Below are positions 14,823 to 29,270 of a stretch of 64,000 bases of DNA, piece after piece. Numbering within the stretch: position 1 is the first letter of the stretch; the number at the start of each line of letters is the position of its first letter. Under the pieces are notes generated by a model. It saw nothing but the letters and a program-made list of their open reading frames with translations, was not told the origin of the DNA and ran no database searches. The position numbers were made by a program, and so were the translations under genes. Origin of the DNA: Cirrosporium novae-zelandiae. Taxonomy: Eukaryota. Where the stretch lies: positions 868,001-932,000 of the forward strand of contig JAPETS010000003.1 in assembly GCA_026023565.1 (NCBI GenBank), written 5' to 3'.

Positions 14823-16271
14823 ATGATGATGCCTAGCAGAGGCTTGCGACTTCCAGGTCATGCAGTCAAGAATCTTTCTCGTCGATTATATACCCCATTG
14901 GCCCCCTCGAGAAAGGTAATGTGCTACAGCATACTTCAATCCAAACTATTTCTAGGAAGATTTAATTAATTGAGCCTAGTTCTCAGCCTTTTCAGTCCGA
15001 AATTCACTTATACAAGCACGACCAGCAGCCTCATCTTCTTTCCTTTTTGCTTCTCGTCGACCGCAACCCAATTACTCCCATCTGATACCCTCTGTTATTG
15101 TGTCTTCCGTCCGCTACAAATCTACCCTCCCCGTTTCTACTCCTTCAGATCTTTCAGCCCCATTAAATCCCGATCCAAATTTTGTCCTTCCTCCAGAAAT
15201 TCCTCAATCTATCCAGGAAATTGATCTTCACACATTAGACGTCCTTCCGTCGGACCAGATTGGGCACTTGCATTCCCTCGGCCTTACGTATGGATGGGGC
15301 CCCACAAATTTAGTTGAATGGTTTATAGAAAATACCCATGTTTACTTTGGCCTTCCTTGGTGGGGCTCATTTGTATTGGCATCGGTTCTTGTTCGCATTA
15401 TTGTCTTCCCCCTGCTTATCAAGCAGACTGATATGAATGCCCGTATGAGCCACATCAAGCCCCTTTTGGATCCTCTCCAAGTTGAATCATTGAATGCAAT
15501 GAGCCGTCGTGACACTATAGGAATGGCTAAGAGCCGGGAAGAGATGAATGCGATAAGGCAAGAAGCCGGTATTAAAAACATAAATGCTTTCTTGCCCGCT
15601 ATGGTTCAAATACCTCTCGCATATGGCATATTTAGGCTGTCTAACGCAATGGCGCACTTGCCAGTTCCTGATCTCCTTTATGGCGGTTTTGGCTGGTTCA
15701 TGGACTTGACAGTCAAGGATCCGTTCTATGTTCTCCCTGCTATAGCGGCTGCAGGTTCATACCTTGCTCTCAAAGTGCGTTCTTCATCTCCCCCGTATAT
15801 TCTTTAGTCTAATTATTCTATCAGTTCAGTATGCAACATTCGGGAACAAACATGCCGGGGAAGACGAAACAGTTACTGCAGGTGGTGTTTCCAGGCTTCC
15901 TGTTTATCGTTTCTTTCTGGCAACCTGCGGCCGTCCAACTTGCATTTGTCTCCGGTTCCCTCATCACAGCTATCCAATCCGCATTTTTGAGTAATCATGA
16001 CGTCCGCCGATGGCTTGGAATATTCCCTTCGTATGAGCAGCCCAAGCCGGTTACGAAAAAGGAAAACAAGGGACTTGTGGACGAACTGAAAGATACTATG
16101 AAAGAGACTATGGTTAAGTACGGACTGAATAAAAAAGCCACGTCGAAAGGTCCCGGGCGCAGGGGTGAGAAAGAGTTGGAAAGCGCGAAAACGTATGAGG
16201 AGAAGAGGCAAAAGGAGATTCAAGAAGAGATCGCTGCGAGGAGGCGGGCAAAGAAGAACAGAAAGAATTGA
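14823..16271 (+). CDS. OXA1: Mitochondrial inner-membrane insertase Oxa1 (YidC/Oxa1 family)
   Basis: Presequence MMMPSRGLR, motifs GLPWWGS, VRIIVFPL, QIP and GGFGWFMDLTVKDPFYVLP, and a basic C-terminal tail (favours Oxa1 over Cox18); two introns. Confidence 0.88.
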
Positions 16272-17165
16272 GCTAGCGTGCTGGCGATTGTTGTTGTAAG
16301 GATATATCGACAACCTAGGATCTGAGGAGGCTCGATAGCAAAAAACATCTTATCGAAAGCTCCGGCTTGCAACTAGAGGACTATTGTGAAACTAATCTCC
16401 CCTACCAGCTTTACCAGAAGGCAGATGGTATAGGGGATAGCACCATAACTTCCTCCTCTTATAGACTGCATCTCAGCCGCTTCAGATAACATGGACCTAA
16501 TGGACCTCTCTTGAACGACTTCCGGGAAAAAGCAAAAAAGAAAACAAAAATTCTCGAATGTGCCAATACGAATTTTACCGATAGATGTGACGTGTTACTG
16601 CTGGAAGCTAAAAACATTCATGTATAGTATAGTCTAGTTTTCTTATTAATCCTACTTTGTAAACCAGCCAACTTTTACATTAAAAAACATACAATGAATA
16701 CATACTCTACTCTCCGCATTGAGTGATTTTAGTGAGTTAGGCTGCTTGATTTGATGCCCCTTTTCACGAAATAGGTTTGACGGCTTGATATGCATTTTGC
16801 TGTACATTTTTCTCATGTAGATATACATGTCCCAGCTGAACACATTGAGCGCTGGCTAACGGGCGAGGTAAGTTACTTGACCGGGACTCACTAATTTCAC
16901 ATTGAGGTCATTATTGATAAGGCGATGTTTTTTTAAAATCACAGAATGTCTGACTGTTTCTTGTTTTTAATGTAAGCGTGCTTGTTTCCTCTTTTGCCTT
17001 GGACTATCATTAATTATATCAAAATAAATGCCATATCTGTCTCCGACCCGCCCTGCGGGGGGGGAACAAAGAAATCCAACTTCTGCTGTATCCTAAGAAT
17101 GACATGGTGCTAAGTCCCCATCCGAACGAACATCCTCAATTAAAACCTGTATCCCTCTATATCTA

Positions 17166-18497
17166 CTACCTGAACAGCCTCTTCCCTCCTAGCCTTGCGG
17201 ACCCCGCCCCATCAACCCCCAACTCCAAGCTTAACCCCGCAAACCCCACGCCCCCACCCTCTCCATTTTTCTTATATCTCCTTAACGCCTCGCGGAAGTG
17301 TTCGGGGAGCAAGGGCCCTCGCGAACGCTCTTTCTCGATTTCTTCCTTGCGTTTTGCCTCCTTCTCTGCTGCGAGTTGCTCTTCCGACTTGGGTGGTGGG
17401 TGCGGTTGGGAGTCGGGGATTGTGGAGCCTGAGGATAGCGGGCGGTCAGTGGTGGAGTCTTGGTTGTTTGGTTGTTGGTCTTGGGTTTCGGTCTGATCTT
17501 CAGGGGGCGGTAGTGCCGCGGAGGTTTGTTCTGGATCTCGTGGGTTCGAGGTTGGGGTTTCGGTTGTTATTGACGTGTTTTTCGCGTCTTGCTTTTGGGC
17601 CTGGGTCTCGGTCGTGCTATTTGTGGCTTGCGTGGATTGGGCAGATTGTGTGTCTTTTGCCTTGGTCTCGAGCTTGCTTTCATCCTTAGCCTTCGTAACT
17701 TCACTTAACATGAAGTTCTGCCGTTGCTCCTGAACGGATCTAGCCATCTCGATTAACTCCCCGATGAAGACCTTTGTATACCCATTGATTGTGGTGATGA
17801 CAGAGGGTGGTACGGATTGCGAAAGGGTTTGATTGGTGATACGACGGACAACTTCTTTTTTGAGCTTTGTACGTTTGAACAGGTCGTAGCGCTCTGCTTG
17901 GTCGGCGGTAAAAGATTCGACGAGAATGCTATTGAAGATGGATTAGTCGGTCTGTAGGAAGGAAATGTAGACGAGGTATATAGAAAAGAGACAGAATAAG
18001 ACATACGCAAGGTTCTTCCTCTCGGCTTCCTTATCCACGACGCCCTCTCCTTCAACCAGTCCGCCTTCTTCTTCTCCCTCGTCTTCTTCTTCCTCACCAT
18101 CCTGTGCCTGCTGTCCTTGCCCAGATTTGCTTCCAGCAACACTGGCTCCATCCCCCGCTCCACCTTTCCCCCTACCTTTCTTCGGTCTACTCCCCCTCCC
18201 GGTCCCCTTCAAGCTTCCCGTCCCTCCAGCGACGCTACTACCAGCGACACTCCCTATATCATCGATGCTAGGACTCCGAGCCGCGCTACGTGCACTAAAG
18301 CTTATGGCGTCATCCTGGGGGAAAGATGTTTGGCGGAGGGGATGTGTCGCGCTCGAGGCCGAAGGTGCTTGACTAGTTTTCCGGCGTTTGGCGACATTGA
18401 GATTTGGGTTTGATGATGGAGGAATGAGTGGGTTGAGAGAAGGGCGCTTGCGACTGGACGGTTGAGAGGTCGGGGGATAGTATGGTGGTGAAGCCAT
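17166..18497 (-). CDS. TAF11: TFIID subunit Taf11 (TAFII28 histone fold)
   Basis: QAERYDLFKRTKLKKEVVRRITNQTLSQSV...GYTKVFIGELIEMARSVQ, then GPLLPEHFREALRRY; one intron. Confidence 0.9.
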
Positions 18498-18859
18498 GCT
18501 GTCATGGGAGATATTTGAAGGACAACGGCAATAATTAGATAATATCTTACACAAAAAACGAATAATTAGACAAGGGAGAAAAGCTAATGTTCAGTCAAGT
18601 GAATGAATAGTGGGGTGAATGGTGGAGTGAGGGTAATTTCTGAATAGATATAGAAATTGAAGGTGAAAGCTCCAGGCCCGCAAGGTTGATGTAATCAATG
18701 CCTCAGGCAGTAACATGAGCTCCAACATCCAATGCGGAAATACCTTTAGCATCTCAAGCTCCTCTACAATATTGATATCCACGGCTATAAAAACTACATG
18801 TCTATTCATGCTTAATATAGTTACATTGATGTTACTTTCACTCAGCTCGCAGTATTTAC

Positions 18860-21754
18860 ATGTCTCACGGCATGGGACAGCCACCAGCAAAAAGGCAGAA
18901 ACGGCCTATCGTTTTATCAGATTCAGATGAAGAAGACAGTGAAGATGATACACCTGAGCAGCCAATAGCCTCAAATAGAAGCTTAAGACGGAGACCTCAA
19001 TTCATTATTGGAAAGCAGCCTCTAGCCCGGGAGATACCTACTAGGACAAGATCGAAGGCTCCGAGTACTAGGAAGACATCTTCCACAACGACCTCACCTT
19101 CTAAGGCCAGGCCAAGAGCTGCCCCCACTTCAAAATCTGTAACTAAAAGGAAATCAATAACTTCATTCTTTTCTACGAATTCCGATCAGCAGTTGACTTT
19201 GAAGCCAACTCCCTCATCCCAAACCCGGTTGGAGGCTCCAGAACCAATTGATGATGACGAGGATCTAATTAAAGATGACGACTCCCATGATGAAGCATTT
19301 GCTCTAGCTACAGGGTTAAAACCATATACACAATCCGCACTTGATCGACGGAAAGGATCCTTTGAGTCTTCTCAACAGGGTGGGAGTCAGACATCATTTG
19401 ATAATCTTCCACCCCCTAGCCAGAGATTTTTGAAACCCACGAAACCAGTACAGGATATAAAAGTCTCTGGAAGTAGAGAAACGGAGGAGAAAAATGTCGA
19501 CAAAAGGCCATGGTCGGAGAGGTTTGGCCCCCTAAATCTAGACGAATTAGCAGTCCATAAGAAAAAGGTCCAGGATATTCGAGGTTGGTTGGAGGATGTT
19601 TATCAGGGACGGAGCAAGAAAGTACGCAATACAACTCTGGATCTTTAAGAGAATAGATTGTGATACTGACTTCATTAGAGACTCCTACTGCTCAAAGGAC
19701 CAGCTGGTGCTGGCAAGACTACAACAGTTTCTCTGCTTGCAAAGGACATGGATATCGGAATAACAGAATGGAAGAACCCATTTGCGTCTGAACTATCAGA
19801 AAAAGGGTACGTGTCTATGGCTGCCCAGTTCGAAGAGTTCCTGGGTCGGGGCGGAAAATTTGGCAACCTCCAAATCGTCAGCAGCGATACCAGGCATGAC
19901 AATATTCAAATTCCTTCCGAGAATTCCGAAAAAGAAAACGGAAAACTTATTCTCGTGGAAGAGTTCCCAAACACTTTCACACGCTCCTCCAATGCCCTGG
20001 ACTCGTTTAGGGCAACTATTCTACAATATCTGGCTGAGAACGTTCCCGAGAATATATTCTCTCAAGGCGATCACTCAAAAATTTCCAAAACCCCTCTTAT
20101 TCTAATAATGTCCGAAACTTTTCTTACAATCTCAACGTCATCTGCCGATAGCTTCACGGCACATCGCCTGCTAGGTCCAGAAATTCTCAACCATCCTGGC
20201 GTTAGTGCCGTTGAATTTAATCCTATAGCCCCTACATTCCTAACTAAAGCACTTGAGCTTGTACTTCAAAAAGAAGCCCGTCACTCCCGTCGACGACGAA
20301 TTCCTGGTCCCGCTGTGCTAAAGCAAATAGGGGAAGTAGGCGATATTCGCAGTGCCATTGGTTCATTAGAATTCTTATGTTTACGCGGCGACGATGATGG
20401 CAATTGGGGCGGCAGAGTTGCAGCCAAGCCTAAGCGGGGAGCAAGTTCTAATACTGTACTCACCAAGTCGGAGAAGGTATCATTGGAAGCTGTGACGCAG
20501 CGGGAGGCTAGCTTGGGCATGTTCCACGCTGTAGGAAAAGTCGTGTATAACAAGCGTGATGACCCATCATTCAATTCCCACGCTGTTATCAAACGTCCAC
20601 CACGTCATCTCAATCACCACGACCGTCCGAAGCTCTCCCAGGTAGACCCCGATACTTTGATCGATGAAACGGGAACTGATACGCAGACATTCATTGCCGC
20701 GCTACATGAAAACTACGTCTTATCCTGTGCTTCTGCCGACGAGGAATCATTCATTGATTCCTTCAATGGGTGCATCGACGCCTTTTCCGATAGCGACCTA
20801 CTTACTCCTACATTCAGTTCCAATCGTTCCAACGAAACTAGCACAATCAGGCAAGATGAAATTTGCTTCCAGGTTGCTGTCAGGGGTTTGTTATTCAGCT
20901 TACCTTATCCCGTTAAGAGAGCTGTAATCAGAAACACAAACGCAAGCGGGAAGGGGAGATTCGGAAGCAAGGGTGATGCATTCAAGATGTTCTATCCGAC
21001 GAGCATGAGGTTGTGGAGAGCGAGAGAGGAGATTGAAGAAGCTGTGGAGGTATTCAGGTACGAGATTATTACGATTGTGGATGATGATAAGGTTGAAGGA
21101 ACTGGACGAAAAGAAGACGGGTCGATTGGAGAGATGTGGAACGAACCTCCACCGAGCACAATCATCAACGCCCGCACATTCATGCAACATCCCTCCAGTC
21201 CACAACATCGCCGCCACTATCCACAGGAAATCCACTATCCCCACCTCCCTCTCTCCCCCTTACTTTCCGCCACCCAACCTCAGAGCCAACCTCAAACCAA
21301 CACCCCACTTCCACCTCCTACATTTACGACAGGCGGCACGCACTCCCTCCCAACCCTAGTATTAGACCGCCTCCCCTACACTTACAAGATTATTTCCTCT
21401 CAATCCAAATTCAAGCCAAACCACCTACACTATTCCAACCTCTCCAACCTGTCCAAACAAAAACAAAACCAGATCGAAAAAGCGGTCATCTTCTACGGCG
21501 TGGATGAAGGTCCCACCGGCGGAGGTGAAAGCGATTTCGAAGACGCAGAGGAAGTTGGCGCGGGGGTTTGGGGGGCTGGTGGTAGTGGGGTGGGAATTTC
21601 GAGTGTAGGTATAAGTGTGGTTGGTGCTAAAGGGTGGAGGAGAAATCGTCAAAGGAAGGAGGAAATGGAAGGGGGTGAGGGGAGTTTTTTTAATAGGGGT
21701 GGGGGACATAGGGAGAAGCTGTTTTTAGAGGAGGATGATATTGTTGATGATTGA
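18860..21754 (+). CDS. RAD17: Checkpoint clamp loader Rad17/Rad24
   Basis: PWSERFGP..LDELAVHKKKV, Walker A GPAGAGKT, LVEEFPN, FNPIAPT, GDIRSAI and FHAVGKVVYNKR; one intron. The start may be the ATG at 18872. Confidence 0.92.
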
Positions 21755-22438
21755 TTAGTTGGTTGATAGTGTGGTATATATTGGCTAGCGTGTGTGTGTA
21801 TGTGCGTGCGGGAAGGGGGTTTCTTTTCGGGTAATTAGTGGCAAAAATTTAACTGCTGTAATTATAGATGAAATATTGGGTTTTTCTTCTCCAGGAAGTC
21901 TAAATATAATCATTGTTTATTGATGTGAATGCACTATTTCCTTTACCTACCTTTATCAAAAAAACCTATCCTGGTATTGAATTCATAATTAAAGCCCTAT
22001 AATCAGAATTTGCTATCGAATCAAACCATCATATCGCCACCAAAGAGAAAAAAAAGAAAAAAGGAACCGTTTTCATTTCAAAGACAATTAACTCACTAAA
22101 TAATGGCCCTCGTCACCAGGGGAGCTGTGCTGCCTAATCTATTGGCCATCGTCATTAATTTCTATAACCGTATTCCTGGAATTCATCAAACGAATAGAAT
22201 CATAATCAGCGCAGTCCATCCAACCACCAAGGGGGTTTGTTTTTGGCAACCCAAGTAGAGGCTATTTTGTTGCCGATTGCGTATTCTAAAAAATAAGTTC
22301 AAGCGCACGAAGATGTTAAGATCTCTAGGTTCCAGTAAGTGAAAGGAGAAAGAGATATAACACATGCGGGAAGAGGAAAAAAGCCGAGAAGAAAGGAAAG
22401 GAGCAAACCATAAGTGATGAGTTGTCAGTGGTGAGCAA

Positions 22439-25400
22439 CTACCAGTTAGGCTCGTTATTCCCTCCACTAGAGTCAGCACTCCCCTGATTAACTTCGCCAC
22501 CTCCACCTCCACCTCCACCCCAGGAGGTACTACTGCCCCATGAATTCTTATCCTTAGACTTCCCACTCGCACCCTTATTACTTTTATTAAAGGTGCTACT
22601 ATGACTCTTGCTCCCCTTTATGTCATTTTTCCTACTTTGGGTGTCAGCAACAGTTTGTAGGGCGCTTGAGAGAGCTTGTAGATTTAATGGTCCAGGAGGA
22701 GCACGTCGGGTTGGAGAACGATCTCGTGACGGAGGGCATGGTATGCGACTAAAGTCGGAATTTCTAGAAGATAATCGGCTGTGAGTGTTGTTGTTATCGT
22801 TGGAAGGCCAAGCACCGGGAATTTGAATGCCGTTGTCTTTATTGGATTCATCAACAGTCGGGGTGTTAGGAGCTTTTTTTGTAAGACCCTACGAAGAAGT
22901 TAATTAGTAAAGGGTCTAACGGGACTTAAGCACTAAGATGAAGAAGCATACCCGAGCTTCTAGTAGTTGCTGAATTATCTCCTCTTTAGATAACACGGAG
23001 AGGTGAAGACGTTCTGCGCTAGCTTCCGCCTCAAAATTCCGTTCAATGCTGATATTGAGGAGAGACTCAATTACTTCTATAGTAGATATTAATATTTATC
23101 GTCTACTACAATGAGGCGTCAAACAAACTTACCCTTACTCCGGTATTTGAACACGAAAACCGCATACGGCCTTTCATGTGTATCCAGATACTCCGGCTTG
23201 ACACACCTTTTCGCATAATGCGCTGGATAACCAGGTTGCACTTGGTGTGAACTCGCTGTCTCATGGAGGTCGTCTTCAGTTACCCAGTAGGTGAGCTCTT
23301 GGCCAGCACTTGTGCGACCGCTCGGTCTAGCTTTCCAACCTGTCCAATGGGGCTGTGGAATGGGAACTGGAGCTGGTTGGATCTTAGGACCTTGAGATTG
23401 GGAGGTCTTGTTTGCGTTGTGGTTATTATCCCATGCCTCTTGACTGTTGTTCTTGCCTTGTGAGGGTGAAGAGTCTTGCTTCCAGCCATCGCCTTGATAT
23501 TGTGAAGAACCCTGGTTCCAATCGTCTCCACTGCTCATCTTATTCTCAGATTTGTTCCAGTCACCACTTTCATTCTTATTCCAAGCTTCTTCAGCCTGTT
23601 TGTTATCATCATTGCTATTGTCGCTAGAGCTCGTGTTTTTATCACCGCTTGCGTTTGCGTCTTCAGAATCCCATAAAGGAGTACCACTGTTGTTGTTCTC
23701 TCCGCAACTGCCATCATTTCCATTGTCCTGGTCGCTTGGATCATCGCCATTGTTATCGCCAACGCCTATATTAGTACTATCAGCTTCCTCTGCATTGTTA
23801 CCAGAGTACTGAGTTTTATCACCATTGTCAGTGTTCTCGTCCTTGTTGCCATTTCCCCTGTCAGTACCACCCCAGTTAATCGTGGGTCCGTTATTTTGAT
23901 TATTGGATTCGTTGCCATCATTATTATCTCCAGTCTTGTCCCATAAATTAGAACTGTCGTTCTTAATACCAGTTTGTGGTCCGGAACTAGAAGTTTTCCT
24001 CCTGCTCCCGCCGCTGTTGTTTGATTTTTGGCTTTGCTTGGATTTCTGTGATTTCTGTGGCGACTTGCTATTCTGAGACTGGTGCTGAAGAGGTTGGGGC
24101 TGATAATTCCAAACTTGTGGATTTGGGACTGAGTGTCCAGGTACCCACCTATAGCCATTCCATATCATTGGAGGTTGGTAAGTAGAGATGGCTTGGGGAG
24201 GAGGAGGTGGAGGAGGTTGGAAAGTCGTGATGACTTGGGGAAAGTGAGTAATGGAGGGGTGAGATTGAAAGAATGCGGGTGGATTTGTTGAATATGGCAT
24301 AGATGCAGCGATAAAATCAGGAGGAGGATACGGATAGCTACGTCCCTGTGGATATACAATGGGGGAGGTTAGCGGTTGAGGGGCTGGGGAGGTTGGTGTT
24401 CCCCAATCGTCACCTTGGTCAAGGCCCAAGCTACTGAGTGAGCCTGAATTCCTTCTTTGGGGCATTGGTGGAATGTCAACGTCACTTGCCTTACGCGATG
24501 GCGGGTTTTGGTTGATATTGACAGTCACCGGCGCGCCACTTGGTGGAGTGTTGTGTCGAGTAGGTCCAGGTTCACCAAAATCCTCTCTCGTAGGAGATGG
24601 GCATGAATAACGGTGTGAGTTTCCCGCGCTCTGAAATGTCCAATTTCGATCAAAATCATCTACCGGACCATGGCCATTATAGGGGTCAAATCCTGAAGGT
24701 TGAATGGGCGCATAGAAACCAGTACCATTCGGTCCCGTTGGTATAAAGCCCCACCATCTATCCCTTCTATGGCCGCGACGTGCTGGACTGGAATTAACTG
24801 ATGGGGGTGGTCCGTCAAGACTGAAATCTGGGACATCTGCTGGGCCATCGAAGAAAGCGGTGAATGGCATGCCATCTTCCTCTATATCTGGAGATGAGGC
24901 CAAAGGCGGAGAAGTTTGCCGAACCGATGGGAAAAAAGCTTCTGGATCAGTTGCTGTTGACATAACGGGTTCAGTTGGAATCGGTGGAGTGAGAGCACCG
25001 AACATGCAATGAGTGTCAGAGGAAGGTGGTTGACAACGAAGCACGATAACCTCGATAGTGCCTAATAAATCGATATTTGGAGGGTGTGGCGCTTTGGGGC
25101 CTCTGTAGTTTTCACCATTACCGGGAACTGTAAAAATATTATTAGTATTTTTGCTTTTAATTGTAGCGTATCATATACGACTTACTGATACTTAGTTGTT
25201 CAAAAGACCATGGCCGGCCAATCCAAGCACCATCTGACAATCGCTCTTCTTTTTGACGTACTCGTAAACTCATCCGTTTCGTAGGGGTCAGATTGAGTCT
25301 ATTTCTATTGCACTGGTAGATTCCATCCATGTATACAAACATGGCGAGACCAGGAGCGACATATCCATTTGACTTTAGGTGAATAGAAAACTGACCTGGT

Positions 25401-25519
25401 TGCTGAGGCACTACAACAAAAGTGTCGACGATTCCGTTACCATATAAGGTGCTGAACTCCTTGAGCGCAATGCCATCTGGAGATTCAATCATACACTCGA
25501 GGTCATTTAGTGAAGGCAT
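22439..25519 (-). CDS. Hypothetical protein with a DUF7918-like domain split by a long disordered N/S/G/W-rich insertion
   Basis: Four exons assembled at GT-AG junctions. Conserved-looking halves FSIHL...MFVYMDG...LGTIEVIVLRC and YLDTHERPYAVFVFKYRS; last exon ends ...NNEPNW*. Confidence 0.65.
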
Positions 25520-26330
25520 TTCGATGACGAGGTGTTAGAGTTATAAGCTTGAAAGGAGAGTGTAATCAACCTTGAAAGCGTTCTAGAGATGCGATGGAAC
25601 CATATGGGAAGAATTATGAAATATCCAAGTTTGTGGTAAAACTTGTGGCCTTGGAGAAGTCTAAGAAAACAAGAATGGTGAGAGTGATTGTCAAAACTGT
25701 AGGGAAATGGGGACGAGAGGATAGGTGAGGAGGATATCTGAGGTGAGAAGGGAAGAAAACAAGGAAGAGTCCTATCGCGAACAGTGAATGTGAGCTCACC
25801 GTCGCTCTAATGGAATACCAGGACCTGAAGATTTATTGAAATTTTTCATTTTCATGTTGAGTCATCTATTATGTTCCGTCTAATGGCAGGAAACCTCAAT
25901 CGAACGAAATTTAAATTAGTCAATAGCCTGTTTGATTCGAGTTGTTAATACTGTGTATGCTGAGAGTATGTATGTTTTTATATCAATCATGTCTTCGCTC
26001 ACATGCAAATTAGTCGATTTGAGTTTTTGTTTACGCTAACGCTATTGAGCAATTACATTATTATCGACTCAAGTACTGTGCATAATCCTTTTACTGGATA
26101 GACAGACAGAGGATGTCTCCAATGCCTCCTTTCTGACAACATACATCAATCGCAATTACCATGGATAAATGAACGGTATCAATACCTGCGGTACTTTCGA
26201 AAGTAGATACTGTGGTATTCCCAAGGTCTCAGGAATTCATTATCAGTAACTGACGTAGTTGTTGCAGCTGATCTAACCGACTTGGTAATGATTAGTCTAG
26301 TGACATTTCCTAATATGGAATAGGCACGAG

Positions 26331-26362
26331 TCACGTGATCTAATTATGTAATTTCCGATTGG
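26331..26362. promoter_or_regulatory. E-box TCACGTGA next to a CCAAT-N12-AAT (CBC/HapX-type) motif upstream of SDH1
   Basis: TCACGTGA at 26331-26338; the minus strand reads CCAAT-cggaaattacat-AAT over 26362-26343. Confidence 0.3.
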
Positions 26363-27078
26363 TGTTTTCATTACAAGTACTTTTACTTGTAGTACTTGCG
26401 TACCAAACATACAGGCATTAAAAGTTATCATGTTCAACTAGCTGTCGTCAAAATATAACTTTTATATCTCACTAGACTATTGTAAAAGATCCAAGATCCG
26501 ATCATATCAGCGGATAAAAGTATCTTTTAGGGTACATATGCTTTCCGCTCGGGTAACGATCGGATCCAAGGCATCATGCTAAGCAAGGACGAGCCGAACA
26601 GTGCCGAATGGTCAGCATTGATGATTATTATTATTACTGTTATGAAGCAGTTTGACGCCCTTGAAACTATTTAGGATATAACAACCATAAGAATTAAAGG
26701 CATCCAACAACTGTATATTCAAATACATGCATTCTGGTTTTTAATAATTGTTCTGGACCAGGTGCAGTATCCGGTGTGCATTTCCGACCGCTAATGCGGA
26801 GAAGAGAGAAAGAGCTTCTTTGCTTATATACGAAAATGTTGATTGGTCAATGATTTACTAGTCATGTTATTTTAGTTCGATTTCATTGACTATTCCCCCC
26901 AACTCCCATGATCCTCGGCCCTGTTCATCTTCGTCTGCGTTAATGTCGCTATCCTTCTCCAAAAGCCGCAACCCCCATCAACCAAAAAATCATAACTTTT
27001 CGCTTTTTGTTCTTCGGCGCACCCCACTCCACTCCTCTCCTCTCCATCTGTTTTCTTTTTCAAACCTGGTATTATACG

Positions 27079-29270
27079 ATGGCCTCTCTTGGGTTGAGGA
27101 GCATTGCTCCAGCTCATAAGGTAAGCTAGTTACAGAATATCCCTCTACTATTCAATGCACGTGGGGTGCAAGGAATACATATTAACCCATGTTCATTCTC
27201 AAGTTTGCGAGAGCAATAAGATCTCAAAGGCGATTGTTTTCGTCAACCAGAGCTGCAGGTATGACTTCTATACACCACCAACACTCAATTGATATTCTTA
27301 ATTAACATCTTCTCTCGCAGCCGGAATCATTTCTAGTCAACCTCTCCGCGCGAAAGAAGCCCCTTCCTCTCTGACCAATAAGTATCCTGTTATTGACCAC
27401 GAATACGATGCAATTGTCGTCGGCGCTGGCGGAGCTGGTCTTCGAGCTACCTTTGGTCTTGCTGAGGCAGGATTTAACACCGCTTGTATATCCAAACTTT
27501 TCCCTACCAGAAGCCACACAGTCGCTGCCCAGGGAGGTATTAATGCTGCTCTAGGAAAGTTAGTTGTACATCCGATCCTTCCGGTGAATTATAACTGACA
27601 ATTTAAAGTATGCACGAGGACGATTGGAGATGGCATATGTACGATACCGTAAAAGGTTCGGATTGGCTAGGAGATCAGGATGCTATTCATTACATGACCC
27701 GCGAGGCCCCCGCTAGTGTTATTGAACTAGAAAGCTATGGATGCCCGTTTTCGAGGACAGAAGATGGAAAGATTTACCAACGAGCTTTCGGTGGTCAATC
27801 TCAGAAGTTCGGAAAGGGTGGACAGGCATATCGATGCTGCGCCGCAGCTGACAGGACTGGCCATGCCCTTCTTCACACTCTCTACGGTCAATCCCTTAGG
27901 CATAATACCAACTACTTTATTGAATACTTCGCACTGGATTTACTCATGGAGGATGGTCAATGCAAGGGTGTCATTGCATATAATCAAGAAGACGGTACAC
28001 TACATCGCTTCCGAGCTCACAATACGGTCTTGGCAACTGGCGGATATGGTCGTACATACTTCAGTTGTACATCAGCTCATACTTGTACCGGGGACGGCAT
28101 GGCTATGGTGGCTCGTGCTGGATTACCTAACCAGGATCTAGAGTTTGTTCAATTCCATCCTACCGGTATCTATGGCGCTGGTTGCTTGATCACAGAGGGT
28201 GCTCGGGGCGAAGGTGGGTACCTTCTCAACGCCGAAGGTGAACGATTTATGGAACGTTATGCCCCAACTGCGAAGGATTTGGCTAGTCGAGATGTTGTAT
28301 CCCGATCTATGACGGTGGAAATTCGAGAGGGACGAGGTGTTGGACCTGAAAAGGATCACCTCTACCTACAATTGAGCCATCTTCCTGCCGAAATTTTGCA
28401 TGAGCGTCTTCCAGGTATCTCTGAAACTGCTTCAATCTTTTCTGGTGTCGACGTACGAAAGGAACCCATTCCAGTATTGCCTACAGTTCACTATAATATG
28501 GGCGGTATTCCCACAAAATATACCGGTGAAGTTCTTACAATTGATGAGACCGGCAAAGACAAAGTTGTCCCTGGACTTTTTGCTTGTGGTGAGGCGGCTT
28601 GCGTATCGGTCCACGGTGCAAACCGTCTCGGTGCCAACTCTCTCCTTGATTTGGTTGTCTTCGGCCGTGCCGTTTCCCATACCATCAGGGATAACTTTAA
28701 GCCTCATACTCCTCACACGCCGATAAATGCCGATGCTGGAGCAGAGTCAATTGCCATCCTTGACAAGGTGCGGACATCCGATGGACCCAAGTCAACCTTT
28801 GACATCAGAAATGCTATGCAGAGGACGATGCAGACTGAGGTCAGCGTATTCCGAACACAAGAGAGTCTGGATGAGGGCGTCAGAAAGATCAACGAGGTTG
28901 ACCAGATGTACAGTCAGGTCGGGATCAAGGACCGAAGCATGATCTGGAACTCGGATTTGGTTGAGACTCTTGAGTTGAGAAATCTTCTCACTTGCGCGTT
29001 TGTTTACCCCGTCATTTTTAATCTACCAGTTGATGCTAATTACTTGATAGAGTTCAAACCGCTACCTCCGCTGCCAACAGAAAGGAATCTCGTGGTGCTC
29101 ATGCGCGCGAAGATTACCCGGAACGTGACGACAAGAACTGGATGAAACACACACTTAGTTTCCAGAAGGAACCACACGGCAAGGTTGAACTTAACTATCG
29201 AAGCGTCATTTCTCATACCCTGGATGAGAACGAATGCAAGTCGGTGGCACCATTCAAGAGACAGTACTAG
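27079..29270 (+). CDS. SDH1: Succinate dehydrogenase flavoprotein subunit
   Basis: [27 protein letters not shown] (covalent FAD His), [26 protein letters not shown] and RKESRGAH; four introns. Confidence 0.98.

Noticed and set aside
17340..17700. Long T/Q/P-rich insertion inside the Taf11 histone fold, and the low-complexity Rad17 tail
   Set aside because: Variable disordered insertions at these positions are common in filamentous fungal orthologs.
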